Part shown: positions 1 through 15,489 of the stretch, one piece after another | Layout: the number at the start of each line of letters is the position of its first letter | Position numbering within the stretch: position 1 is the first letter of the stretch | Assembly: GCA_964016885.1 (NCBI GenBank) | Contig: OZ024741.1 | Coordinates: 111,786,001-111,850,000 of the forward strand | Direction: 5' to 3' | Length of the DNA stretch: 64,000 nt | Origin: Eledone cirrhosa | Taxonomy: Eukaryota | Program-made: the position numbers and the translations under genes | The notes under the pieces: generated by a model | Told to the model about the DNA's origin: nothing | The model's input: the letters and a program-made list of their open reading frames with translations, nothing else | The model's database searches: none

Positions 1-19
1 TTCTTTTTTGCATAAAATA

Positions 20-95
20 TGTGGTCATTGTGGTCAATAAAGAAATCATTATTATCATTATCATTACCGTTATTATTATTATTATTTTTTTTTAA

Positions 96-135
<40 letters not shown>
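20..135 (+). mobile_element. 3' terminus of a Tx1/L1-like LINE with an (ATT)n tail
   Basis: ttgtggtcaataaagaaatcattattat resembles the 3' end of the LINE at about 57452-57490 (ttgtggctaataaatgaaatcattattat) and is followed by (ATT)n. Confidence 0.6.
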
Positions 136-137
<2 letters not shown>

Positions 138-1096
138 TGATGTGTCGCTTTCTCTTGTATTTTCCTGGAAACTATAATTAGCCGGAGAGAAAATTGTCTG
201 CGACCATTAATTGATTTTTAGCTAAGTGATCTTTCAGAAAGTTGAATGAAATATATGCCGAAAACTTTTCATTCAGTATTGAATTTCTCTCGTCATAATT
301 AATTAATCAGACAGGTTCTTAATGAAAAAAAAAAAAAAAGATAAGATAATGTAAACAAATAAATTATCATTTGAATTATATATTACATCATCTTGAACAC
401 ATGACTATAATCATAGTGAAACTGAATTTATTCCAGACAGACAGCATGTGATACATCTAAATGATAATAGTTTCTACATTAGAAACAAGGCCAGCAATTT
501 GAGGGAAAGGGAAAGTCGATTATATCGACCGCAGTAGTTGACTGGTACTTTATTTTATCGATAGCGGAAGCCCGAGAAGTAAAGTAAACCCCGGCGGGGT
601 TTGAAACCAGAACGTAGACGGCCGCAACGAAACACTGCAATGTATTTCATTCGACGCATTAACCACTCTACCAATCTGTCACTCTTTATACCTCTATCAG
701 ATAACACTACAATGAACATAACATAATACTCAATAATTATACTAAGATGCTATCTTCTCGGTGTATACTAATTACTTAGTTGATTTTTAATTACTGTATT
801 TATGGACAAAATTAACGCAATAAACAGGAGTCCATATATCTTTTGTTTTTCTGAGGAAAACCACTTGAAATCTGTATTGTCCTGGTGCATCAAAATACTT
901 ACAAAAATGCACACATACACATATACAAACGCACAGGCGCATATATATATATACATATTATATATATATATATATACCTACCTGGTACTCTCTCTCTCCC
1001 TCTCTCTCTCTATCCCCCTCTCTCTCTCTCTATATATATATATATAATTAAAATTGAAATAGAAGCTTCACCGTAATATTTTTGACATGTAGTCTA

Positions 1097-1280
1097 ATAA
1101 TTGTTTCTACTTTTGGCACAAGGCCAGCAATTATCCCAGTGTATTACTGGTACTTTATTTTATCTACCCCGTAAGGATGAAAGGCAAAGTTAACCTCGGC
1201 GGGATTTGAACTCAGACCATAAAGGGACGTAACTGTGCTGCAAAGCATGGCGTCCGACCCTCTACCGATACTGCCAATTG
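1097..1280 (-). mobile_element. tRNA-derived SINE (major family of this window)
   Basis: The minus strand has an A-box-like tggcagtatcgg, a B-box-like gagttcaaatcc and the body ccgaggttaactttgcctttcatccttacgggg...aaagtacca, ending gtgccaaaagtagaaacaattatt. Near-identical copies lie at 9083, 23944, 37578 and 63460. Confidence 0.85.
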
Positions 1281-1465
1281 GGGCGTATATACACACAGAA
1301 CGGAAAAAGAGGGTTTTTATACGATCCATTATTAAACTATAGTATAATCAAATATATACAATGAAGCTTCGTTTCTAATTTCGTTCACCGCGTTCCAAAC
1401 ATACTTCCTATATGGTCCCGTTAAGGGTGAAAGCAGCGATTCTTTGCTTAAACTTTAATCTGCTA

Positions 1466-1523
<58 letters not shown>

Positions 1524-1925
1524 GTATAGGATTATCCAAGATGTAGTAATGGTTAATTACTACACTGGATATGGTTGACGTACGGTAAGAGGTTACTCTA
1601 CGAGTTATGGAAGAATTGTTCAAGAAACTTAGTTCCTGATCCTTCAGTATTCCGGAGTGTATATAAAGAATGAATAATAACAGGTAGACATCATAAAAAG
1701 GTAATTTATTCCGTGTGCTTACAAGTGTTCCACGGTGGTACTGCAGCCTAGTTCCGCTACGTGCAAATTCACAAGTATTTGCAGAACTCGAATATCCAAT
1801 GCTGTGACCACTGTTTCCTCTGAGGAAACAGTGGTGACAGTCGTGACAGGGGTGACAGTCGAGTTTGCAATTTTCAACTGTTTTCAACAGTTGAAAATTG
1901 CAAACTCGACTGTCACCACATATCA

Positions 1926-1964
1926 TGAACCTGAAGATTGCGAAAGCATGAAAGTACTTGTTCA
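1926..1964 (+). ncRNA. minimal type I hammerhead ribozyme
   Basis: tgaac-CTGAAGA-ttgc(gaaa)gcat-GAAA-gtactt-gttca. Stem I is tgaac/gttca, stem II has a GAAA tetraloop and stem III is the palindrome AGTACT. Confidence 0.8.
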
Positions 1965-2164
1965 ATTAACACTTAGAATTTAATATTCTATCATACTATT
2001 TCATTATAATACCATATTATATATATTTTAAAGGATTGTAAATAAAACGAGTAAATCAGACAAAGTTGGAATTCCTCTTATTAATATAATCTTCTATACA
2101 CAATCATACACACCCGTGTATATTTACCTATCTATATCTATATATATATATGTATATATATATG

Positions 2165-2236
<72 letters not shown>

Positions 2237-3094
2237 TGTAAATCATACACTTTATGTACAAACACATACACATATATTCAAATACATGAATCTATCTAAC
2301 TCTCTGCAAAAGAAGTTGAACATGCAATTGGAGTCTATAAGAAGATTTATTTACAATAATTTATAACTCTACCGGTTTCACAAGTTTCATGATTTTCAAA
2401 AGTTAAGAGAGGCGGCGAGATGTGCGGCTATCCCAACTTGTAACTCGCATCTAACTGATGTTGAGAAATTGGCTCAGATTGCTATGTTTGAAGTACAATT
2501 TGATAGGTTGAAGAAGGTCATATGATTAGAAATTTTTTGGTAATTTCGTGCCACAACTCGGGAGTGTTATGGTTCTTTCAGGTTTTTGCAGAAGAGTGAC
2601 TCAAGTTTCGAGTATAATTTGATATGCTGAGAGTAATCACGTGATTAGACACTGAGTTTGATCGTACTTTTGGGTAAAAACCTGGTGTGTTGTGGTTTAG
2701 TGAATATGGACAGTATCAGTTCATTGTATTTTATAGTCAATGGCATGGCAGTTGGTATTTTTCTTGTAACATTCCCCAAAATTCAAAAGTACAGGAATAT
2801 TTTTTAGAAATGTAGTTAGTTTTTTTGTTTCCTGCTACGTCCGAATAACAATAACAAAAACAACAAAAATAATAATTACCATTTTTGTTGTTATTGTTAT
2901 AGCAGGAAACAAAAACAAGCTGCAGACCCCCGCCCCCACACACACACACAACAACATGTGTGGTTTCTAGATGACTGACGTCATCCTTTTGTTCCAGCGA
3001 TAGCAGAGAGAAAGTAGTCGACAATTGTCTGGCAGTTTGCTTGCAAACGAACCGAATATTAATAATGTTATTATAATATTATTATTATTCACAT

Positions 3095-3245
3095 TTGCAG
3101 CATAGAGTTATGTCCCTTTACGGTCTAAATTCAAATCCCATCGGGGTTAGCTTTGCCTTTCATCCTTACGGGGTCGATGAAACAAAGTACCAGTAATGCA
3201 CTGGGGTAATTGCTGGTCGTGTGCCAAAAGTAGAAACAATTATAT
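3095..3245 (+). mobile_element. SINE copy, 5'-truncated and diverged
   Basis: Contains tttgccttttcatccttacggggtcgat...gtgccaaaagtagaaacaatta, matching the SINE family. Confidence 0.8.
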
Positions 3246-3284
3246 ATTATTCACTCAAGAATACATCTAGCGTAAATAAATTTT

Positions 3285-3328
<44 letters not shown>

Positions 3329-3379
3329 TTAAACATGTATATACTGGTTGCCTGAACAATACGAAGCTAGACCATTTCA

Positions 3380-4765
3380 GTGTATATGATGCTCAGTCCT
3401 AGCAAGAGATTTTATGCAGCGTTTTAGACCAGGCATAATTTTAGAAAGCTCTCCACACAAATTTCTCATTAGTTTTGGTGCTACTTGAACTGCCAGTGTT
3501 GTGTGATCTTGATTAACTTTGAAATGTCTCTTTAGGCCTCCTTGAAATTTGCAGAAGTTATGTCATATGTAGCATTGATAAGGATTAACTTGTTTGTCTA
3601 TTCTATAGTCAATAAAAAGTGCCCTATTGTGTGCTCTTATGTGAGATGGAAGTTCAGCTTTTTAAACTAGATTCTGCCACAATCTCTACAAGTAGGAAAA
3701 GGTCCATTAATATCATCTTCACTTACTGGATGTTTTTTCTTATATTCCTCTTAATATTTATTTGTGATAGCCTGTTTTGTTCAAGGGTTTTCACACCATA
3801 TTTTTAAACGCCAGATACATCAGTCGATGCGTCCTTGAACCTTTTCTTTGGCTTACTCTTTTTTCTTTTCCCCCGAACAAGTTCCCCATTAAACATTTGC
3901 TTAGGAAAAAGCTCGTCAGTCATGCGGACAAAATGTCAAGGCCACCGCAGTTGGTTTTGCAAAATTACTTCCTGGGTTGAACAAATACCTGGTGCAATTC
4001 GAGCAGAATATGTCGCAAACAATTTTGGTGGAATCGTTTCGGGGGTTTCCAAGTTTCAGAAGAGTACAGAAGAGAGGATAACTCTTTGTGACCAAACCCG
4101 AAACACTAAACTACCAAACGATTTCGCTGCTTTTTGAATCCTTAAACATATTTTAAAATCCATTGTTCCATTTTATTCACTGCAATTCCAAGGTATATGA
4201 AGGATTCAACAACCATAAGAATATTACTTTCTACATAAATTTTAGGTTGTTGCTCAAATTGTCTAGGTGTAGGTTGATGCAAAACTAACATTTTCGTTAA
4301 ATTTATAGTCAAGCCAAAGATATCACACTCCGAATCAAATGTTATAATCAACAATTGCAATCAATGCTCAGTATGACTGACAAGGTCACAGGCATCAGCT
4401 TGCAGTAGGTTTATTATTAATGAGGTGAAAACTTCGCACTTAAATTTCATCCTTACTAAATTAAAGACATTTTAAGTGCTACGATATCTTACATATACTC
4501 CTTCAATGTTGTTTTGGAAAGCATGATAGAGCATAGTAGCAAAATACATTATAAAGAAAGTAGGTGTGTCAAGGTCTCCCTGATTCACATCACTTTCCAC
4601 TGCAAAAGGCTCAGAGAAGCCCCCAAATTTAACTTTCGCTTTCATGGTTTTAAGAAGAGCTTTCAATATATTTACCAACTTTTGAGGGCATGAAAATTTA
4701 GACATAACCAACAAAGCTGTCCTATTAAGAGTATCTAATGCCTTACTGAGATCATCAGAACAATG
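3380..4765 (-). mobile_element. decayed RTE-clade (BovB-like) LINE reverse transcriptase
   Basis: Fragments DLSKALDTLNR, KFSCPQKLVNIL...SEPFAVESDVNQGD..PTFFIMYF and FGLTINLTKMLVLHQP...VESFIYLG match RTE RT domains. Multiple stops and frameshifts are present. Confidence 0.8.
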
Positions 4766-4796
4766 GTATATAAATGTGTGTACATACCTCCCCCTC

Positions 4797-4856
<60 letters not shown>

Positions 4857-5215
4857 GTCTAGGTGATTCAGTGAATTATTGGTGGTAGTACCAACGACAA
4901 GCACTCTATGCACAGACAGAAAGAGTTTCGTTTACGTGTATTAAATTTTTATTGTGTACCGACCTATTACGCGCGTTTCGCAGAGGATTGGCTCAAAGTC
5001 ACCCATAGGAGTTATGGACCCGACTCCATTATCAATCTGCTCCTCATTCTGGCGATGTGACAATAAATATAGTGTTTTTTTGTGGTTTGTGAGATGGTGG
5101 GTGTATATATATATAAGCATCGGCCCTATTTTTGTGTGTGGGCGTATGTGGGCATTGTAGTGCAATAGGTAGGACAGCTTTGCGCATGCATACCCACACA
5201 TATATACATATATTG

Positions 5216-5759
<544 letters not shown>

Positions 5760-5912
5760 TATATATGGCTGTATATAGAATGTATTTTGCAATACACTTT
5801 ATGCTTAATTAAAACCGGTCTTCAAAATGCTTTTAATTAAGCATAAAGTGTATTGCAAAATACATTATATATACATCCATATATATATATTGCTATTTCA
5901 GAGCTCCAATTC

Positions 5913-5993
<81 letters not shown>

Positions 5994-6919
5994 TATTTTC
6001 CGTTGTGTTGTAATATAAATATTACACACAGTAGATTATCAGCTCACGTAGAGTTTGCTCGACGGTTCCAGTTGTAGTTCCAAAAGTAATCCGGAGAAAA
6101 ATAGAAAGATTTGAATGGATACAGTTTAGTTGAAAGGAATTTATTGACACGTGTTTCTATAACAGTTACATAACCTAAAACAGCAGATTTGAATGGATAC
6201 AGTTTAGTTGAAAGGAATTTATTGACACGTGTTTCTATAACAGTTACATAACCTAAAACAGCTATCTACAAACTTTTAGTTATGCAGACATTCAATATTT
6301 CAATGTTATTATTTACTGTCATTTCATCAGAATAATATTACTGAGGACCTATTTAGTTTTTATAGAGAATATTAGGAGGGAGGGGTGAAGTTGTTAGAAG
6401 AATAGTTGAAGGAGTGGTTTTTCGATAGCAGTGAGAATTCTTGGTGGCAGTGAGTAATTAGATTCCCATCTGTTGTTTTGACATTTTTTATAGAATATAT
6501 TATTGGTTATTTTTCTAAATCTATAGAAGGATTAGAGATAGTAAAGATATGCGTGGTTGGTTTTGTGTTTGCACTTAATTAACATTCAGACTTAAATTTT
6601 TCTTTCGAGTGTACGTATCCTTTCACCCACGCATTCACACACAAATATATTTGCACACCTCTACAAAATACATATACTCACAATTCACATATTCATACTT
6701 ACATATATATACACATGCATACACATATATATACACACATGTATTCATGTACATACATACGCGCTCATGTGTATACATTTTCATACTCAACTTATCTTTA
6801 TATACACACGTATAGACACACACATATATACATACATACTCTAGTCCATGTGTACACACACACACATACATACACATCCATATACACATACATACATACA
6901 CATATATATATATATATAT

Positions 6920-6984
<65 letters not shown>

Positions 6985-7151
6985 TACACACATATACATA
7001 TACACACACACACACATATATATATAAGCACTTTAATACATGAATACACTTACATCTAACTATACACATCAAACATATATATATATTTACTTATTTATAT
7101 ACATTTTCACATATATATACATACTTATGGACGTTTTTAGACACATTCAAT

Positions 7152-7544
7152 AACTGCCTGGAAAAAAATATTATTTATAAGTGTACCATTAAATCCGGAG
7201 GCAACGAGTGGTATTACGTGGGATCAACGGCAACATCGTTTAAATCTCTATTGTATAGGCATTCTTACTCAATAAAACACCAGAGCCAAAGAAATGTAAC
7301 AACTTTAGCAGAAAAAGCTTGGACGCTCAGGGATAGCAATCAAAAGTTTACCCTAAAATGGGAAAAATTAGCTAAAACCCAAAGCTTTTCCAGGAGCCAA
7401 AATTTCTGCAAATTGTGTAATCTTGAGATTTATTACATAATCACACACAAGAAGAAACTGCTGAATAACAGAATTGAACGAACATTATTCTGCCGTCACA
7501 GAACTAAAACCCTTTTTTCCCACTACAAGCCGAATATTACATAA
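7152..7544 (+). pseudogene. PLE (Naiad-type) GIY-YIG endonuclease fragment
   Basis: NIIYKC...YYVGSTATSFK..LYRH..S...T.LA...W.L...LKWE...CKLCNLE..II...LLNNR.E...CRH is the same motif set as the C-terminus of ORF 29622-31463. Confidence 0.85.
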
Positions 7545-7855
7545 AAGAGGGACATCCCCCAACTATATAAACCTTAATCTAGTTAGAAAAATATAAAAAC
7601 AATCTCTTCTCAACATATATTAATAACCTTAAATTACCATACTAATAATGAAAAGATATGCTGATGAGAATAGGTACAAATATGCGATAATGAATGTGTC
7701 TAAAAACGTCCATAAGTATGTATATATATGTGAAAATGTATATAAATAAGTAAATATATATATATGTTTGATGCGTATAGTTAGATGTAAGTGTATTCAT
7801 GTATTAAAGTGCTTATATATATATATGTGTGTGTGTGTATATGTATATGTGTGTA

Positions 7856-7939
<84 letters not shown>

Positions 7940-8507
7940 TGTGTATGTATGTATGTGTATATGGATGTGTATGTATGTGTATGTGTGTACACATGGACTA
8001 GAGTATGTATGTATATATGTGTGTGTCTATACGTGTGTATATAAAGATAAGTTGAGTATGAAAATGTATACACATGAGCGCGTATGTATGTACATGAATA
8101 CATGTGTGTATATATATGTGTATGCATGTGTATATATATGTAAGTATGAATATGTGAATTGTGAGTATATGTATTTTGTAGAGGTGTGCAAATATATTTG
8201 TGTGTGAATGCGTGGGTGAAAGGATACGTACACTCGAAAGAAAAATTTAAGTCTGAATGTTAATTAAGTGCAAACACAAAACCAACCACGCATATCTTTA
8301 CTATCTCTAATCCTTCTATAGATTTAGAAAAATAACCAATAATATATTCTATAAAAAATGTCAAAACAACAGATGGGAATCTAATTACTCACTGCCACCA
8401 AGAATTCTCACTGCTATCGAAAAACCACTCCTTCAACTATTCTTCTAACAACTTCACCCCTCCCTCCTAATATTCTCTATAAAAACTAAATAGGTCCTCA
8501 GTAATAT

Positions 8508-8622
8508 TATTCTGATGAAATGACAGTAAATAATAACATTGAAATATTGAATGTCTGCATAACTAAAAGTTTGTAGATAGCTGTTTTAGGTTATGTAACT
8601 GTTATAGAAACACGTGTCAATA
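8508..8622 (+). ncRNA. type I hammerhead ribozyme with extended stem II (mirror copy at 6220-6334, minus)
   Basis: tatt-CTGATGA-aatgacagt...actgttata-GAAA-cacgtgtc-aata, with palindromic stem III ACACGTGT and a GUC cleavage triplet. Confidence 0.75.
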
Positions 8623-8657
8623 AATTCCTTTCAACTAAACTGTATCCATTCAAATCT

Positions 8658-8733
<76 letters not shown>

Positions 8734-9082
8734 AAATATATATAAGAAAAAATATGACCCCGACGGCAGAGCTCATGCCGTTTCGACGGCTATTTCTGGA
8801 CTATATATATATATTTTTGGACTATATATATATTTTATACACATATATACAAATAAAGACAGACATTACTAGTTGCCCTAACAGCGTGTTTTAAAATAGC
8901 GTTCTATATGTAGTAAATTCTGTCTCTCAGCGTGAGGTACATATATATGTTTGTGTAAATATGTGCATGTAAACATTTATACTGACCTATAATTAAATGA
9001 GTCTTGGTTATGGCGTTCCCGCCTTTTAAGATGCAGAATGGACTATATTATTTCGGAATGGACTATATTATTTCGGAAGACA

Positions 9083-9273
9083 GCGGTGGATTGGCAGTAT
9101 CGGTAGAGGGTCGGACGCCATGCTTTGACGCATAGAGTTACGGCCCTTTCCATTCTGAGTTCAAATGCCGCCGAGGTTAACTTTGCCTTCAATCCTTACG
9201 GGGTCGATAAAATAAAGTACCAGTCATGTACTGGGTAATTGCTGGCCTTGTGCCAAAAGTAGAAACAATTATT
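9083..9273 (+). mobile_element. tRNA-derived SINE
   Basis: Full-length family copy. attatttcggaagacagcg occurs on both sides, which is TSD-like. Confidence 0.85.
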
Positions 9274-9605
9274 TCGGAAGACAGCGTGAGATTTAAGATT
9301 GATTCAACTGCTACTACTTTCTGGTCCAGTGACTACGCAGAATATTCCCTCGCGGATATGTAATCAATATTAATGTTGTCGTTTAGCTTCAGCTCAACGT
9401 TGATAAGATAGAGCTCTGATTCAAGGCGTTCCAGCCTTGACCACCCTGTTACCTTTTCTTAGTATCACCAGAAGCACATTATATTGCATCCTTCTTTTTA
9501 GGAGACGATAAAGTACTATTTGACGAACATTTCGCTGCTATCTCTAAAATGGTGAGCTGCCATGTAGATGGTTCCTCCTTGTTCGGTAATCGACATCTAT
9601 GTTAT

Positions 9606-9665
<60 letters not shown>

Positions 9666-9980
9666 GGTTAAACAAGGTTCAATGAATAAATCAAAGAATG
9701 AGTTTTACAATAGATGGGAAACACTCAACAGTTATGGTTTTCCGGAGTTATTAATGCCTTTCTTTCCTCCTTCTTCAGTAATTTAAATTATTTAACAGTT
9801 ATTTTGCTACCATGTATTTTTTAAACTTTCTCACACGTACCCTCTCTATTGTATGTATTATGTGTTTTTCTCATGTTTTCAATATTAAGGTATATAAATA
9901 TTGGATTTTGTCATATATTACTCACTACCATGACTGAATCTTAACCATCTACTACGTCAGGGTATGTCATGCATCATCTT

Positions 9981-10045
9981 ATTTTATCTGATGAGGGCGT
10001 ACTGTTGAAGTTAACTTAGTACCTCTGAAATATGTATAATAAAAT
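9981..10045 (+). ncRNA. type I hammerhead ribozyme
   Basis: attttat-CTGATGA-gggcgtact...agtacctct-GAAA-tatgtata-ataaaat, with a 7-bp stem I. It lies about 45 nt from an (AT)n junction. Confidence 0.75.
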
Positions 10046-10086
10046 ATACTTGATCACAAGAATATCTATTTTGTTAATATTTTGAA

Positions 10087-10129
<43 letters not shown>

Positions 10130-10209
10130 GTGTGTGTATGTGTATGTATACAATTAATTTTATATACATATTTACATACATGCATACATACATAATTACA
10201 TACATACAT

Positions 10210-10319
<110 letters not shown>

Positions 10320-11327
10320 TATATATATAAGAGAATGCGTAGAACGGATACAGATGCGAATGCTTATTGTACATACACAAGTAGTATAAACACTTATATA
10401 CTCTCTGTTTAACCACTAGTGGGAAAATTACGATGAGATGGAAATAAAATTGAAGTATTTCAATCCAGTCGGTTTATTGAAATGGAAGATTGGACTTTAT
10501 TGATGCACATAATTAGTAAAGCATTGCCAACGCCTCCGCTATTAGAAACCTTTAATTGCTGGCGTGTGAAATTGGAACCTGTTGCCATACAGCTATCTCT
10601 TCAAATTATAGGAATAAAGAATAAGAATTACCAAAGGACATAGAAAAATCTATCAGTTTGCCATCTCGATTTCTGAATTTTCACGAACATTCTCGAAAAG
10701 TTTTTGTTATTTGAAACTGTGTAACTTTAGCGTTATCTTTCCTAATTGATAATTATTTTTGCTTCACTTCTGGTGATTGTGGTTTTGTTGGGTTGTGGGT
10801 AAGGTGGCATCGATTCCACATTCATTACCTCCCCATACTGTCTTAAAATCCTGATTCTTTGAATACATATGAAACAATTGTGGGATATATAATGTATGGA
10901 TATATAATGTGTGGCACGAACACTGTAATCCAAGTTCAAATTCCTCACTGGCCAACTTAACTTTTCATTTATTCGCCCTTGTTAAATAAACCATTAAACC
11001 AAGCTTTATTCTTTAAAGTCTCTGACGAGATGCCTTGCAATACCTGTTCCAGTCCTCTATGATCTCAGTCCAAATCTCACCCCTTCTTCACCTGTATTTT
11101 ACCTGGTTTTCTCAATTATTATGTATTATATTGAAATATTTTAAAGGTAATTTCTTAATGTTTCTTAAGTCAGCCATTCTTTACACCAATACGATGGGCT
11201 TATATTGACACTAGAAATAGCAGCCAGAACCGTCTAAATCAGCTCAAAAATGATGGAGTAGTCAATATTAACTTATAACTCTAAAGTTAAATGTCCCTAA
11301 TACGTAACGCACACACACACACACACA

Positions 11328-11469
<142 letters not shown>

Positions 11470-11499
11470 TTTGAAACCGCCTCAATTTCCAAAAGCATT

Positions 11500-11672
11500 C
11501 TCGTCACAGCAATCTCGCTCAGGTTGAACCCTCTCTTTAAGCGCAGCTTACGGCCCCACAATGACATTGTCATCAAACCAGCTGATAAAGGTAGTGCCGT
11601 GATGGTATGGTGCGCAGACCTCAGCACGACTGTGGCCCTCTGCCAACTTCACAATACCCAATATTACCGGCC
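11500..11672 (+). pseudogene. Penelope-like RT N-terminal fragment
   Basis: LRPHNDIVIKPADKGSAVMVW...QL.NTQYY contains the hallmark PLE ADKG motif. Confidence 0.8.
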
Positions 11673-11756
11673 GTGTCATTTGTTTTGTTATTTCTGTTTG
11701 CCTTTTGCATACATACATGTACACTTACTTAAATACATACATACACACATACACAC

Positions 11757-11793
<37 letters not shown>

Positions 11794-12355
11794 TTTTGCG
11801 AGGTTTTTGATATGAAATCGTGTGTCGAAACAAATATTGTTATACTTGGGGGGGGTCATATTTGCGTAATATTGCCAGAATTAATAACAGAACACACTCA
11901 CTGTTTGGTTGGTTTTCGCTTTTCGCTTCTGTGTTTTTTTATATCGGTTAATTTAATTTAATTTATTCGGTCACCAATGTTGCCATTGACTGACCAACGG
12001 TCAAAAATACAGATACAATATAGACACAAACACATATATATAGTCTATCAAAGTTCTTTCATTGCACATCTGCAACAACGTCAGTGGTGCTATTGTTTCC
12101 TCCCGTTCCATTGTATTTTCTACGCCATCTTTATTTAGTCTGTTTATATATTTATTTATTTGTTTATTTTGTTTGTCTTCTTTGCGCATGCGTTTGCGTG
12201 TGTGTATAGTGTTTTGTTTGATGTGTGTTCGTGATTGGGTGACTGTGTATTGGTTAATGTATTCTATCTTTACTAGTGCTGTTTATATGTGTTTGTTGTT
12301 ATTGTGCTTGTGTATGTATTTATTTATTTATCTATTTATTTATTTAAATAAATAG

Positions 12356-12428
<73 letters not shown>

Positions 12429-12433
<5 letters not shown>

Positions 12434-12520
12434 GTCAGGACCCGGACGGCTGAGTTCCGGCCGTTTTGACAGCTCTGTCGAAACGGCCGGAGCTCAGCCG
12501 TCGGGGCCCTGACACTTTTC
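12429..12520. repeat. GC-rich hairpin at the end of an (AT)n-inserted element (relatives at 8747-8795 and 41810-41930)
   Basis: agtcaggacccggacggctgagttccggccgttttgacag pairs with ctgtcgaaacggccggagctcagccgtcggggccctgac. Confidence 0.7.
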
Positions 12521-12801
12521 CTATTACTCACTCTATTACCCTAGGTATCGAGTACTCTGGTGCGTTATGGTCCACCTGCTATCTTACCACACCTTCTTTG
12601 TTATATATATGTATATATACATATTTGTTCATCTATATATACATTTTTTCGTTTATTTATATATTGTGTTATATTTATGTATTCATAAATTAATTCTTCA
12701 TTATTATGATTTTATATTTATATATTGCCATATTATTTATAGCTCTGACTACTTGAAAATAGCATCGTTAATTACAAAAGATATGTGAATTCTTTCACCA
12801 G

Positions 12802-13489
<688 letters not shown>

Positions 13490-14232
13490 ATGTATATGAA
13501 TGTATGTCTCTCTCCCCTCTCTCACACACTTCTCCTTATCTCTTTACAACTATTGTTTTATTTCTTGTTTCCATCTCTTAATTTTCTGTGTTGTTGTTTA
13601 AAACAACAACATGCACAGCAAGAGCAACAAGCTTGTAGGCACGTTAGTGGGCTTGACAAGAACAATAACAAAAACAATATCTCCCTCTTTCCTTCTCTAT
13701 CTAGTTATCTTCTGACCTACCTATGTACCTACCTCTTATTCTTAATCCAGCTAACATAGATATTGTTGTTGTTGTTTTTATTGGAGCGGTGGGTGTATAT
13801 GTATGTAATATTACTACAATCAAATTAAATGCCTGTAAAAGGAAAAATGGGGATAGTTGGAACGGTGAGGAGAAGGGGATGAAAAGGAAGAAGAAAGAGA
13901 GAAAGAAGAAAAAGAAAAAGAAAAAGAAAAAGAAAAAGAAAAAGAAAAAGAAAAAGAAAAAGAAACAGAAAAAAAAAAGAAAAAGTGAAGAAGACCAAGG
14001 AAAATCCGGGATTCAAGTGTCTTCACATAGAATGTTGTAATTAAGGACACACACACACACATGCATACAATTTCTCATTCTTTCTTCTGATGAAGGGCTG
14101 GTCTCTGAAGCGTTAAGACCATCTTCCTGGTATTTCAAGCGTTAAACTAATATATTCCTTCCATATACTGTACCGATTGTGTTCTGATTTCTGTTTACCT
14201 TTGACATACATACATATATACCTGCCCCCCCC

Positions 14233-14267
<35 letters not shown>

Positions 14268-14787
14268 CAGTTTAGGATGGTGGTTAGGAAGGAACAAGAG
14301 GAGAAAAGAAGAGAGAAGAAAGAATCCTTCGTCAGCTTTAAAAATCCGCGATCTAGATGTTTTGGCGCTGAGTTACAGGACATCTGTAGCGATCGGGAGC
14401 ACCCAAGGCCTTTTATTAATCAAAAGGCCAAGAGGAAAAGAAGAGAGAAAGGAGAGAGAAAAAGGAAGGAAAAAGAGGGAAAAGAGGAAGAAGAACAGAG
14501 GGGGAAATGGTGAGGAGAGAGGAAGAAAGAGAGAAGGGGAAAAAGGGAGAAAAAAAGGAAAAAAAAAGGAGAAAAAAAGAAGAAAAAAGGAGAAAAAAGG
14601 GAGAAAAAATAAGAGAAAAAAAAAAAGGAGGTGAACAGATCCCACCGTGGGAAGACACAGGATAAAGAAACATGCAAATGAGTGACCGTGAAAAAATAGG
14701 AAAAGTAAGTTGTAGCCAACCTGATATACTTAAGCCTGGTGGTGGGCTCCGACTCGAAGACAGTATAAATCGTGTTGACTATCTCGT

Positions 14788-14838
<51 letters not shown>

Positions 14839-15489
14839 GAACAACCGGAGGTGAGACGGAGAAGGGAAAGCGAGGTAATCCAAAAGGGGTTTTTACGGTG
14901 GGGGTAAAAATGTGCCGCAAAAGATTGTGAACAGAGAAGGTTTTTACAACACGTGTAACCATGTCAGCAATCAAAACCGAACGGATGGATAGAGAAAGAG
15001 AGGGAGAGAGAAAAAACGAGAGTGAGGAGGAGAAGGGAAGAGAGAAGGGGAGGGTCGATGCGAAAGTGTGGAAGGAACACAGATCGAACAAAGCAGGTAG
15101 GGTCACAGCGACAAATACAAAATAATACGAAACGAAAGGAGCTGTGCGGTTACTAAAAACAAGGTTTAGGATGCTGGTTAGGACGGAATAAGAAGGGCCG
15201 TAAAAAAATCCGCGATCTAGATGTTTCGGCGCTGAATTACAGGACATCTGTATATATATATACACACACATATCTTTTTTTACACACATGTGTACAAAGA
15301 TACACACATATATATGTTCACACATACATACACACATGCGCTTACATATGAATTCATTCAAGCCTACTCCTACACACACACACACACATATATATATATA
15401 CATATATATATATATGAATATGTGTATATATATATATATATATGCGTGCATGGACACGCGCGCACACACACATGTACGTGTGTGTACTT

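Larger units (their letters stand above)
5991..8663 (+). mobile_element. 5'-truncated Penelope-like element with about 1-kb inverted arms
   Basis: Arms 6101-7149 and 7691-8663 are near-perfect reverse complements. The spacer holds a GIY-YIG fragment and both ends abut (AT)n. Confidence 0.85.

Noticed and set aside
14083-14118. Hammerhead-like tctt-CTGATGA...GAAG-cgtt-aaga, with similar remnants at about 2366-2405, 4968-5047 and 63855-63890
   Set aside because: Core nucleotides are mutated, so these are counted only as decayed relics.
14420-15469. 349-aa ORF
   Set aside because: It is assembled from purine-rich low-complexity and microsatellite tracts with no family motifs.
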